From positions 13,623 to 77,622 of the forward strand of contig JAJZNW010000037.1 in the NCBI GenBank assembly GCA_021811615.1: a DNA stretch of 64,000 nucleotides, given 5' to 3'. The notes below the pieces were generated by a model. The model was not told where the DNA came from. It saw nothing but the letters and a program-made list of their open reading frames with translations, and did no database searches. The stretch is from Bacteroidota bacterium (lineage in GTDB: Bacteria > Bacteroidota > Ignavibacteria > Kryptoniales > JAKASW01). How positions within the stretch are numbered: position 1 is the first letter of the stretch; the number at the start of each line of letters is the position of its first letter. This document shows positions 35,964-44,482 of the stretch, in pieces. A program made the position numbers and the translations under genes.

Positions 35964-36333
35964 TGCGAGGGACAATTCCCGCCTCTTCCAACATCAGACT
36001 AAACATACGACAATAGCGCCCCCTCGCTTTCCTACCTGACACGATGAGGAGAGCCCTTATCGGGTTGTCCGCAGGCGATTGATGGGAAAACTGTTACAGC
36101 AAGATGGGTCGTTAAGAGAAATGCGGAACTATCTGTTGGAGTATTTTAGTGGCAAGAGACAACCTGGCGAGGTTGTACCATGGAGTGGGATGCTGCGGAT
36201 CGAGCACAGACGTACGGAGCTACAATCATGGACATAATAACGAGGAAGCAATTTCCACTGTAGCCCCTTGACGCTCTGTGGCTGACGATGAGATCGCGAC
36301 GCGTAATCCGATCAACCATCGAATGAAGAGTGG

Positions 36334-36373
36334 AAAAATTCATAGCTGCAGGCTAAACTTCCCTCCTTCAGCT
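36334..36373 (-). terminator. Possible intrinsic terminator of the oxidase operon
   Basis: On the minus strand, AGCTGAAGG / CCTGCAGCT form a 9-bp stem with one mismatch (36365-36373 and 36344-36352). ATGAATTTTTCC follows, giving a T run from 36338 down to 36334. The stem starts 13 nt after the stop at 36387. Confidence 0.3.
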
Positions 36374-36386
36374 TTCAGGCACCGCT

Positions 36387-37775
36387 TTACTTCGTATAGG
36401 TGGCGGTACCGTTCTTCTCTTCCGTCTGATAGACATTCATGATGTATTGCGCCACGGCTTTTACCTGCGCCTCATTTAGACCTTGCTTGGGCATGGGCGG
36501 ATATCCCTGCAGGACCTGCCGAGGGTTCATTATGAAATTCTCCAGGTCATCCATTTTCCCTTCGTAACTGCCGAGTACCATATTGTAAGCCGGTCCAACA
36601 AGCCTGCGATCGAATCTGTGGCAGGCGCTGCAGGTTTGCTTATAGATATCTTCGCCATTGATCTTGGCCGTTTGTACTTCAGGAAGCTCTGACAGCATTT
36701 TGTCGTAATTGTCTGCCATTAGCTGGTAGTGCGCCCGGTTCGACTGGCTGAATGATACGCCTTTGGCTGTCATCCAGGCCCCGACCATTACTACAACGCC
36801 GATAAACGCATAGCTACCGAGTCTGATTTTTCTTCCCTTCAACATTTGGAAGAAGAAATGCACGAGTATGAACACGATCAAGAGGCCAAGACCAGCGAGT
36901 CCGAACACGGCGCCATCCCTGGCAGCCGATGGGACCAGTGTCAGATCAATCAGGATGATCAGAGGTTGGACTATCGCGAAAAGGAGGCCTGCATTCATCG
37001 CAAACCTTTTTACAAAGGAAGAGTAAGCCTCGTCATTCGAGGCGCCCAGTCCGCCGTCCCAAATATAGAAGAAGAAAAGGATAGCGGCACTTTCGATCAC
37101 AACTGCGGCGGTAATGAAATGGATGAAACTCCAGATCGTTGTCCATGAAAAGAGCACGGCAAACATGCCGGCGTCTTTCGTCCATGCCTGTCCGTTTAGA
37201 GCCAGGTTGGAACCGCCCATGAACGCCCACATCCCGACCCAGAGCAAAACGGTGCCAAACAATCCCGCCCTTCGCCGCGTCTGGTGGGCGGATACCTCCA
37301 TCGAGTCGATGTCAACGATGCTCGCGTCGCCGATCTCAGCCTTCTGAGACGGAGTCAGTTTCTTGTAAGATTCTATGAATCCCTCGAGCCTGAAACTGTA
37401 CCTGTAGGCAATCAGAAACATGAAGCCGACGATGATGAGAATTGCCGAACCCGTTATGAAGTTTGTGACATCTGCGTTGGTATTGTAAAGGAGCTCGGCG
37501 TAGATAAGAATTATGGTCACTATCGGAAGTCCCGCCAATGCAGCGACCGCGCCCTTACCAGGCATTGCCACGTCGATGAGATTCCTGGCAAACCGGCGGT
37601 AGATTCTGTCCCCTTTTTTCAATCCCTTACGATTGAAGTAGAGCGACAAGGACGAGCCGGTCGCCGCTATCGCCATATATGTAACGAGCATGGTCGAGAC
37701 AAATGACAACAAGTAATAAAGGAGCGTAAGGCGTTCACCCGATTCGGGATTGACAAGGTTGTTTAGAAAATGCAT
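36387..37775 (-). CDS. Polytopic membrane protein with C-terminal monohaem cytochrome c domain
   Basis: 462 aa. About 9-10 hydrophobic helices, then a class-I cytochrome c module (CSACHRFDRRLVGPAY ... PPMP). Last gene of the oxidase operon, 4 nt after ctaB. Confidence 0.7.
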   Translation of the reverse strand: MHFLNNLVNPESGERLTLLYYLLSFVSTMLVTYMAIAATGSSLSLYFNRKGLKKGDRIYRRFARNLIDVAMPGKGAVAALAGLPIVTIILIYAELLYNTNADVTNFITGSAILIIVGFMFLIAYRYSFRLEGFIESYKKLTPSQKAEIGDASIVDIDSMEVSAHQTRRRAGLFGTVLLWVGMWAFMGGSNLALNGQAWTKDAGMFAVLFSWTTIWSFIHFITAAVVIESAAILFFFYIWDGGLGASNDEAYSSFVKRFAMNAGLLFAIVQPLIILIDLTLVPSAARDGAVFGLAGLGLLIVFILVHFFFQMLKGRKIRLGSYAFIGVVVMVGAWMTAKGVSFSQSNRAHYQLMADNYDKMLSELPEVQTAKINGEDIYKQTCSACHRFDRRLVGPAYNMVLGSYEGKMDDLENFIMNPRQVLQGYPPMPKQGLNEAQVKAVAQYIMNVYQTEEKNGTATYTK

Positions 37776-37779
37776 CTGG

Positions 37780-38787
37780 CTAAAGCCTCCATGGTGAAAT
37801 CAGTTTGAAAAGGATGTCCACTAAAACCAATACGGTAACGGCCAGGACATAAATATTTATTTTCATAAAAGCCGATCTGTACGTCCGTTTGTCGCCGAAG
37901 CGTTTCACAACCGGCCATGTCCCAATGCCCAGCCAGGCACCGAGAGCAAGAAGCAATATTCCAGTCAACTGGCCTTCAACTACGCCCGTCGTGATGAAAA
38001 GGATTGAAATGGCAACAAGGGCCAGCATCCACGCATATGTGTAAACGGCAAAATTCTTTTCTGACAGGTGACTTCGCATCGTCGGGAAACCGGCTCTTTC
38101 ATAGTCACTGCTATAGATATCCATCAAGAGCCAGAAATGCGGGATCTGCCAAACGAAGAAGTATGAAGAAACGACCAGGAGCCTCGGATCCAGCAGGCTC
38201 CCTCCGGCAGCCGCCCAGCCTGCCATGACGGGAAGAGAACCGACGAAAGAACCGGGTATGACGGCGTAGGCGGTTCTCTTCTTAAGCGGTGTATAAATGG
38301 CATTGTACCATAGCATCGCCAGCAAGGAAAGCACCAGTGCCGCGAGGTTCCCCCATGTGAAAGTCACAGCGGAACCCGCAACGACAAGACCGATAAGAAG
38401 GAGAAGCGCCGCGCGAGGAGAGACAGTCCCGGAAGGGAGCGGCCGCCTCTGCGTACGGTGCATTAGAGCATCGCTGTGTCTCTCCTGGTAATGATTGAGA
38501 ACTGCGGAGCCACACGCGACGAGAAAGATCCCTAACGAAGCCATAACCATTCCGAAGGAAATTTCCCCGGATGCAAGGACATATCCGAAAAGCGCCGACA
38601 TCCCGACGAAGAATGTAATCTTTATCTTGACGAGTTCCGCAACGGCATTCGAAATCTCCTTCAGGCGGGCAAGACGTCCCGCCGCAGGAAAGCTGAGGGC
38701 GGCGGTGCCTTCCCTGCTAATTGCAGGAGAATGCAGATTATCCACGGGTCTTGAAGGCCGACTATTTTTGGCGTCACTTCTGTTCAT
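37780..38787 (-). CDS. ctaB: Protohaem IX farnesyltransferase (haem O synthase)
   Basis: UbiA-family polytopic protein with NHYQERHSDALMHRTQRRPLPSG (NxxxDxxxD...RTxxRPLxxG). The N-terminal ~40 aa are poorly conserved, so the start is uncertain. Confidence 0.85.
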   Translation of the reverse strand: MNRSDAKNSRPSRPVDNLHSPAISREGTAALSFPAAGRLARLKEISNAVAELVKIKITFFVGMSALFGYVLASGEISFGMVMASLGIFLVACGSAVLNHYQERHSDALMHRTQRRPLPSGTVSPRAALLLLIGLVVAGSAVTFTWGNLAALVLSLLAMLWYNAIYTPLKKRTAYAVIPGSFVGSLPVMAGWAAAGGSLLDPRLLVVSSYFFVWQIPHFWLLMDIYSSDYERAGFPTMRSHLSEKNFAVYTYAWMLALVAISILFITTGVVEGQLTGILLLALGAWLGIGTWPVVKRFGDKRTYRSAFMKINIYVLAVTVLVLVDILFKLISPWRL

Positions 38788-38855
38788 TGCTTATCATCAC
38801 TCTCGAATTCACTTACAACATGCTTCATGGAAGGTCTCAATCTTTCCGGAGTCAC

Positions 38856-39548
38856 TCAGAAATACGTTGTTGAATCGCCGAGCGCCACTTTGGGTTCGGC
38901 GGTGCTGCTCGAGTTGATCCACCTATCGAAAGTGGTATCAGGCAGAACGATCATTTTCGTTTTCATCAGCGCATGATCGAGTCCGCAGTATTGAGTGCAG
39001 ACTACGTCAAAGACTCCGAGATGCTCCGGGTACACCACCATGTGGCGGACTCTATCGGGGAGCGCGTCCTGCTTTTCCCTGAAAGCCGGGAGATAGAAGC
39101 TGTGAATCACGTCGAGCGATTTGATGAGGCAATCGATCGGTCTTCCCTTGGGAACATAAAGGGTATCGCACCGCTTCCCATTCATGTATTCGAAGGAGAA
39201 GCTCCATTGCCGGGCGAACACCTTCACCGGCATCGCATTCTTAGGGACTGTGCGTATCTGCAGATATGCTTCCCATCCGGCATAGAACATTGCGAGGACG
39301 AGGACCGTCGGAATGACCGTCCAGAAAATCTCGAGCGGGACATTTCCCGGTATACTTGTAGCCCTCGGGTTCCTCTTATGGTTGTACTTGAAGACAAAGA
39401 ACACCATCGCGGCTATGACAATAGTGAACAGGATCAGGCTGCAGATTACGATAAATCTCATCACGTCGTCTACAGCCTGAGCATGATTCAGTGCATACGG
39501 CAATAATCTCATTTTTTGCGCCCTATCTCCTGAAATAAACATCGGCAA
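38856..39548 (-). CDS. coxB: Cytochrome c oxidase subunit II (CuA subunit, no fused cytochrome c)
   Basis: Two TM helices, then a cupredoxin domain with VIHSFYLP and the CuA box CTQYCGLDHALM. Start uncertain (TTG 39548, ATG 39542 or ATG 39512). Confidence 0.85.
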   Translation of the reverse strand: MPMFISGDRAQKMRLLPYALNHAQAVDDVMRFIVICSLILFTIVIAAMVFFVFKYNHKRNPRATSIPGNVPLEIFWTVIPTVLVLAMFYAGWEAYLQIRTVPKNAMPVKVFARQWSFSFEYMNGKRCDTLYVPKGRPIDCLIKSLDVIHSFYLPAFREKQDALPDRVRHMVVYPEHLGVFDVVCTQYCGLDHALMKTKMIVLPDTTFDRWINSSSTAEPKVALGDSTTYF

Positions 39549-39837
39549 ATGTCAGGAGGAAAATAACCGACAATACTCCTCCCGCGATCGCCACGAAGAT
39601 TTTGAAAATTTTGTCCTCATACTTGACGTGCATGAAGACATTTACTACAAGCGACGACTTAACGAGCGCTATGAGAAGCGCTATCACCAGAGTAAACGCC
39701 GCCAGGTTGATCCCTGCGACTACCGCCGTGATCGCGGTGAGCGCCATCAAAGCCAGCCAAATGAGGACATATATTCCGTAGCTGGTCGGCGCGCCTTTGT
39801 GTTCAGTCAGAGTTTGCTGTTCCATCGTTCTCTCCAT
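39523..39837 (-). CDS. Cytochrome c oxidase subunit IV (prokaryotic small subunit)
   Basis: 104 aa with three hydrophobic helices (YGIYVLIWLALMALTAITAVVA...). Sits between subunits III and II. Its start shares nt 39837 with the subunit III stop. Confidence 0.7.
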   Translation of the reverse strand: MERTMEQQTLTEHKGAPTSYGIYVLIWLALMALTAITAVVAGINLAAFTLVIALLIALVKSSLVVNVFMHVKYEDKIFKIFVAIAGGVLSVIFLLTFADVYFRR

Positions 39838-40481
39838 CAGTTAACCAGATAAAATAGTGGGAACAAGAATATCCAGATGATGTCGATCAGGTGCCAATAG
39901 AGTCCGGCGGCCTCCAGTCTCACTGAGTCCTCCTGCGTGATTTTACCCTTGACTATGAAAATCAACATGACCGTGAGTAGCCCGCAACCGACCAGCACGT
40001 GCAATCCATGAAGACCGGTCATCAGGTAATACATCGCAAAGAAGAGTTCGAAGCCGCGAGGGTGCCTGAACAGCATCGGAGACCCCGGGTAGATCCCTTC
40101 GTGGATTTCGGTGGACCACTCGGCGTACTTGATGACGAGGAATCCGAGCCCGAGGGCAATGGTTGATGAAAGGAAAGTTACCGACAGCCACTTCTTTCCT
40201 TTTTCCAGGGCTGTGATCGAAAGTGCCATGGTCAGGCTGCTTGTAAGAAGGACCATGGTGTTGACCGTGCCGAACAATGTATGCGTATACATTGCAGCCT
40301 CGTGGAACTCCTTCGTATAGAAGTATCTGTAAGCCGAGTAAAGAAGGAACATCCCGCTGAATAGAAGGAGCTCCGTCATGAGGAAAAGCCACATCCCCAT
40401 TTTTATTCCGTGAACGTCCTTCTTCGGGTGTCCGGCGTGTTCGGTATGTTTTGCGGATTCAGGCAAAGATATTTCACTCAA
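39837..40481 (-). CDS. coxC: Cytochrome c oxidase subunit III
   Basis: 214 aa with five TM helices. Subunit-III-like motifs (MWLFLMTELLLFSG, GLHGLHVLVG, YWHLIDIIWIFLFPLFYL). Overlaps the subunit I stop by 4 nt. Confidence 0.85.
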   Translation of the reverse strand: MSEISLPESAKHTEHAGHPKKDVHGIKMGMWLFLMTELLLFSGMFLLYSAYRYFYTKEFHEAAMYTHTLFGTVNTMVLLTSSLTMALSITALEKGKKWLSVTFLSSTIALGLGFLVIKYAEWSTEIHEGIYPGSPMLFRHPRGFELFFAMYYLMTGLHGLHVLVGCGLLTVMLIFIVKGKITQEDSVRLEAAGLYWHLIDIIWIFLFPLFYLVN

Positions 40482-42115
40482 CGCGTTAACGCCTCCTCGT
40501 GATAGTATGGCTCGTGTATGACGACTGGTTCTTCTTCGAAATTCTCATGTGTGGGCGGAGAGGATGTTTTCCATTCGAGGGTCGTTCCTCCCCAGGGATT
40601 CGGGCCCACGCGCGGTCCCTTTATGGCACCGTGGATCAGGTTGACGAACATAACTATCAAGCCTGCAACCAGGATCCACGACCCCACTATAGATATATGC
40701 TGGAGGGTCTCAAATTGCGGAAGGTAGGTAAAATACCGCCGCGGCATACCTTCATACCCCATGATGAACATCGGGAAATACAGGAGGTTGAAACCGATGA
40801 ACATCACAAGGATATCCCAGCTCGCTATTTTTTTATTGTACATCCTGCCGAACATCTTCGGGAGCCAATAGTGCAATGCCCCGAAAAATATGAAAACGCC
40901 GCCTCCAAAGATTATGTAATGGAAGTGCGCTACCACAAAATAAGTTGCAGTAAGGTGGACGTCTGTCGCCAGGGATCCCAGTACGAGACCGCTCAAACCG
41001 CCGATCGAGAACAAAACCATAAAAGCCATTACGAATAGGAAAGGCGGCTGAGGGTCGATCGACCCTTTATACATCGAGGCAACCCAGTTGAACACCTTTA
41101 TGCCACTCGGGATGGCGACTATGAATGTAAGGAAGGAAAAGATCATATCGGCCTGCTGCGACATCCCCGCGACGAACATGTGGTGTCCCCATACCAGATA
41201 GCCTATGAAGGCGATCGCGAGGCTGGACATCGCTATAGCCTTGTACCCAAAGATCGTCCTCCGGGTAAACGTGGCGATAATTTCTGAGACGATGCCCATC
41301 GGCGGTAGTATCATTATGTATACGGCCGGATGCGAATATATCCAGAACAAATGCTGGTACAAGACCGGATCGCCACCGGCCGCGGCGCTGAATATGCCGA
41401 TACCGAATATTCTTGAAATGACTATCAGGAGGAGGGTGATCGCAAGGACGGGCGTAGCGATGATCTGTACCCAGGAGGTAGCGTAAAGGGCCCACACAAA
41501 AAGAGGCATTTTGAACCACGTCATGCCGGGCGCCCTCAAGCGGTGTATGGTAGTAAGGAAGTTGATCCCGGTGAGAATGGACGAGAACCCGACGATGAAG
41601 ACACCGAAGACTGCGACGGTCACGCCTGTGGTCGTCCTGAGGCTATAGGGTACGTAGAAGGTCCAGCCCGTATCCGGAAGGCCGTTCACGAACAGAGCCG
41701 TCAAAATCACCGCAGAACCTATTACATACAGGTAGAAGGAAAAGAGGTTCAGCCTTGGAAAGGCAACATCCTTCGCGCCGATCTGAAGCGGTAGGAAGAA
41801 ATTGCCGAGCGTCACGGGGATACCCGGAATGACGAACAGAAAAATCATTATGACGCCGTGAAGTGTGAAGAGGGCGTTATAAACTTCCGGAGGGAAAAGT
41901 TTGCCGCCCGGCGAAATCATTTCCAGACGGAGCAGGATGCCGAGCACGACGCCGACGGAGAAAAAGCTGAACAGCATAACCGTGTACATTATGCCTATTC
42001 GCTTGTGATCGGTCGAAAGGAGCCAGGCAGCGAGCCCTTTGTGTTTTCCGATGTTCTCCAGGTAACTCCCCTCTACTACAGAAATGTCCTGCGGGGGTAA
42101 AGCAATGTCAGCCAT
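40478..42115 (-). CDS. coxA: Haem-copper oxidase subunit I, A2-type
   Basis: DHKRIGIMY, FPRLN, FWIYSHPAVYIMILP (a YS motif replaces the Glu of GHPEVY, diagnostic of A2-type enzymes), CuB histidines WGHHMFVAG, haem ligands VAHFHYIIFGG. 545 aa, 12 or more TM helices. Confidence 0.95.
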   Translation of the reverse strand: MADIALPPQDISVVEGSYLENIGKHKGLAAWLLSTDHKRIGIMYTVMLFSFFSVGVVLGILLRLEMISPGGKLFPPEVYNALFTLHGVIMIFLFVIPGIPVTLGNFFLPLQIGAKDVAFPRLNLFSFYLYVIGSAVILTALFVNGLPDTGWTFYVPYSLRTTTGVTVAVFGVFIVGFSSILTGINFLTTIHRLRAPGMTWFKMPLFVWALYATSWVQIIATPVLAITLLLIVISRIFGIGIFSAAAGGDPVLYQHLFWIYSHPAVYIMILPPMGIVSEIIATFTRRTIFGYKAIAMSSLAIAFIGYLVWGHHMFVAGMSQQADMIFSFLTFIVAIPSGIKVFNWVASMYKGSIDPQPPFLFVMAFMVLFSIGGLSGLVLGSLATDVHLTATYFVVAHFHYIIFGGGVFIFFGALHYWLPKMFGRMYNKKIASWDILVMFIGFNLLYFPMFIMGYEGMPRRYFTYLPQFETLQHISIVGSWILVAGLIVMFVNLIHGAIKGPRVGPNPWGGTTLEWKTSSPPTHENFEEEPVVIHEPYYHEEALTR

Positions 42116-42118
42116 GTC

Positions 42119-42928
42119 TCAATTCCCTCCCTTGGCCTTTACTTTCTTGAGTCTCTTTGTAGTCATAAGAAATAGAATGAATGCTAGCATGAAAATTGTG
42201 GTTCCCCAACCCACGACCGAGAGAGCATCGAAAGAATATCCGGTCCCAGCGGCATCGTAGCTGAAACACACCTTCAACACGCTTCCTATTATTGGAGCAA
42301 ATGTATTTTGGGCAGCTTCCATTATGGCCATTTGAACATCGATGGGCGTGAACGTCGTCCCGTAGATATACCTGGCGATCTTACCTTCCTTGCTCACAAA
42401 AATCAGAGCAGTGGGATGCGTGAACATATCACGCTTGTCACGCATAAAATAAAACCCCACTTCATTTGTCAGCTTGTGAATCGTGACGCTATCTCCAGTG
42501 AGGAATCTCCAGGCATCGGCGGGTATCGGGCGTCTCGCCATTTTCAAATACTGTTCTTTCTTTTCGAGTGCACGGGCAGGAGTATCGTTGGGGTCGAAGC
42601 TTATCGTCGCAATCCTGTAATCCTTTCCAGGCATCTCTTTCATTTTTTCCACGACCTGCTGGATACCGCCAAACACCCTGTCGCAGATACCCGGGCATGT
42701 GTAATACCCGAGGTCGATTATCAGCGGCTTCCCATCAGATATTTGCGCCAGGGTGATCGGCTTGCCGTTCTCATCTTTGAAAGTCAAATTCATGTCGATC
42801 GTTTTCCCGAGCTGCTGAACTATTCCAACATTAGGATGCCCGGCATTTTCGGCGAACAAGGCACTTGCAGGAAAGACAAGCGCGGCAAGCGCCGCAGCCA
42901 TTAAGAAAGTTTTGAAAAACTTGGTCAT
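42119..42928 (-). CDS. SCO1/SenC-family copper chaperone with extra C-terminal TM helix
   Basis: Signal/anchor N-terminus. Thioredoxin-like domain with YYTCPGICDRV (CxxxC) and a downstream His (FTHP). Hydrophobic C-terminal segment WGTTIFMLAFILFLM. Confidence 0.8.
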   Translation of the reverse strand: MTKFFKTFLMAAALAALVFPASALFAENAGHPNVGIVQQLGKTIDMNLTFKDENGKPITLAQISDGKPLIIDLGYYTCPGICDRVFGGIQQVVEKMKEMPGKDYRIATISFDPNDTPARALEKKEQYLKMARRPIPADAWRFLTGDSVTIHKLTNEVGFYFMRDKRDMFTHPTALIFVSKEGKIARYIYGTTFTPIDVQMAIMEAAQNTFAPIIGSVLKVCFSYDAAGTGYSFDALSVVGWGTTIFMLAFILFLMTTKRLKKVKAKGGN

Positions 42929-43087
42929 CTTCGTCCTCTCAAAAAATATTCTTCATTAATCGGTCTCTTAACGTTTAGGTCATCGTATGGCATCTTGTTA
43001 AATGAATCGTTGCCTGGAAACCCATCCATTGTATCAACGTGTAACGTCCAGGCAGAACACTTAGCCATTTCCCTGAACAGTATCTCC

Positions 43088-43798
43088 CTAATTGCCTGCC
43101 ATCTTGGCAAGTGTCTCGATATCGGCCCTGGTCTCATGTGGAAAACCCTTGAAGGATCGGATGTAACTAATGATGGCAAGCCTGTCTTTTACGGATATCG
43201 AGCTGAATGGAGGCATCGGACTCCCCGGGATGCCGTCGGTCAGTGTTTTGTACATCCCGGACGCCATACGTCCGTTAATCCACCCCTTAGAAGAGTGGAA
43301 GTTGCGGGGTTTGGGTTTGAGTGCTACGGCGGCAGGGCCATCGCCTTCGCCGTCTGCCCCGTGGCAGGCAACGCAATCGTTAATAAAAAGACTCTTGCCC
43401 TTTGCGATCATTGCGGCTGGAGGAGAGATTAAGTCTGCAAATTGAGCATCAGCGGCGGGCAAGGCGGCTGCCCCGGATTTTTCGTGCGCAGCCATTTCTT
43501 TAGTCTCTTCAGCTTTTGATCCGGAAGTCGATGGTTTCATCAAGGAAGCTTCGGGAGAATGTTCAGAAGTTTCTTTGGCCTCCGAGGGGATGTTTCCAGG
43601 AGCAGCTACGGCAGAGGTTTGGGTAGTCAAACCAGCCTGAGTTTTGCCGCCACTGCCGTTCCGTTGCGAAGAATATAGGAAGATTACAGCCGCTGCGATG
43701 CCGGCGAAGTATAAATAATACAGAGGGCGCCACCATCTCCGCTTCAAAAAGAACGGGGCACTATTTTCATGGTTCTCATTCTGTAGATTCGGTTCCAT
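43088..43798 (-). CDS. Membrane-anchored monohaem cytochrome c (first gene of the oxidase operon)
   Basis: N-terminal TM anchor (LYYLYFAGIAAAVIFLY), a ~100-aa low-complexity Ser/Thr/Ala/Glu/Lys linker, then a class-I cytochrome c domain (CVACHGADGEG ... SPMPPF). Confidence 0.75.
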   Translation of the reverse strand: MEPNLQNENHENSAPFFLKRRWWRPLYYLYFAGIAAAVIFLYSSQRNGSGGKTQAGLTTQTSAVAAPGNIPSEAKETSEHSPEASLMKPSTSGSKAEETKEMAAHEKSGAAALPAADAQFADLISPPAAMIAKGKSLFINDCVACHGADGEGDGPAAVALKPKPRNFHSSKGWINGRMASGMYKTLTDGIPGSPMPPFSSISVKDRLAIISYIRSFKGFPHETRADIETLAKMAGN

Positions 43799-44482
43799 CA
43801 GCTGCTTACCTGATTGTTAGAGATAATATGTTCAGTCGCTGCCACGAGAGTCGCAAACGACGGATCGTGGTCTTTTACTTACTTTATATATAAATGCTCT
43901 TCAGTCGAGACAGACATCGAGCAACTGAGGATCATCAGGCAACCAAGATGCTGATAGAGAACCGCCGTTCCCGTTGAGTACGGTGCGGCATACAGCCCTT
44001 GACGGTTCGAGCCGCCTGCAACCTGCCATCGTTCGAAACGAACGTACTGCCGGTCCAATCGGACTCGTGTTTAACTTGTCGACCATAGTGAGGATTACCG
44101 TGGTGTGAATACCAGCCGTGACAAAACACTATAGCGCACCTCGGCGCACGGCTATCTCTCCGTTCCCGGTCGAGATACAGACTGCAATGCAAAATGAATC
44201 GTTAAATGTCGGCAAAAGGTTCAACAATCTCTCTGATAGACAGAATCACCGGAACCGAAAAAAATCAAGTCAGTCCCTGAGTCTTTTCATTGTACTCGAT
44301 GCCGGGTCTCGACCTTGGTCGGATGACAACTCCTCGTACCGCTGTAGATCAATTATGGGCGGCGGGAAACCACCTCTCTGTAGTCTCCTTCGAAACCTCG
44401 ACATTAATATAATTTCATACGTCATCCATTTCAATGCAGGAAAACCTAAAAAGTTCCTGAGAAATGGGACGAGAAACTTTTT

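Noticed and set aside
36146-36343. 65-aa minus-strand ORF in the convergent spacer
   Set aside because: It has no RBS or motif and overlaps the putative operon terminator.
42925-43179. 84-aa minus-strand ORF between the anchored cytochrome c and SCO1
   Set aside because: It overlaps the 3' end of the cytochrome c gene out of frame by ~90 nt and has no RBS or motif. The 159-bp gap is more simply an intra-operon spacer.
43799-44482. Possible RNase P RNA, tmRNA, SRP RNA, glycine or fluoride riboswitch, or hammerhead in the ORF-free region
   Set aside because: Isolated look-alike strings occur on one strand or the other: GGCTGGTA...CACGGTAA, GGCAAAAGG, CTGATGATCC, GGTTCGAGCC. The diagnostic cores are absent or in the wrong order (GAGGAAAGTCC and ACAGAACCCGGC for RNase P, a T-arm plus ACCA end for tmRNA, GGAGAG...CACCGAAGG for glycine, CGAAAC after CUGAUGA for hammerhead). 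The genomic context also does not fit.
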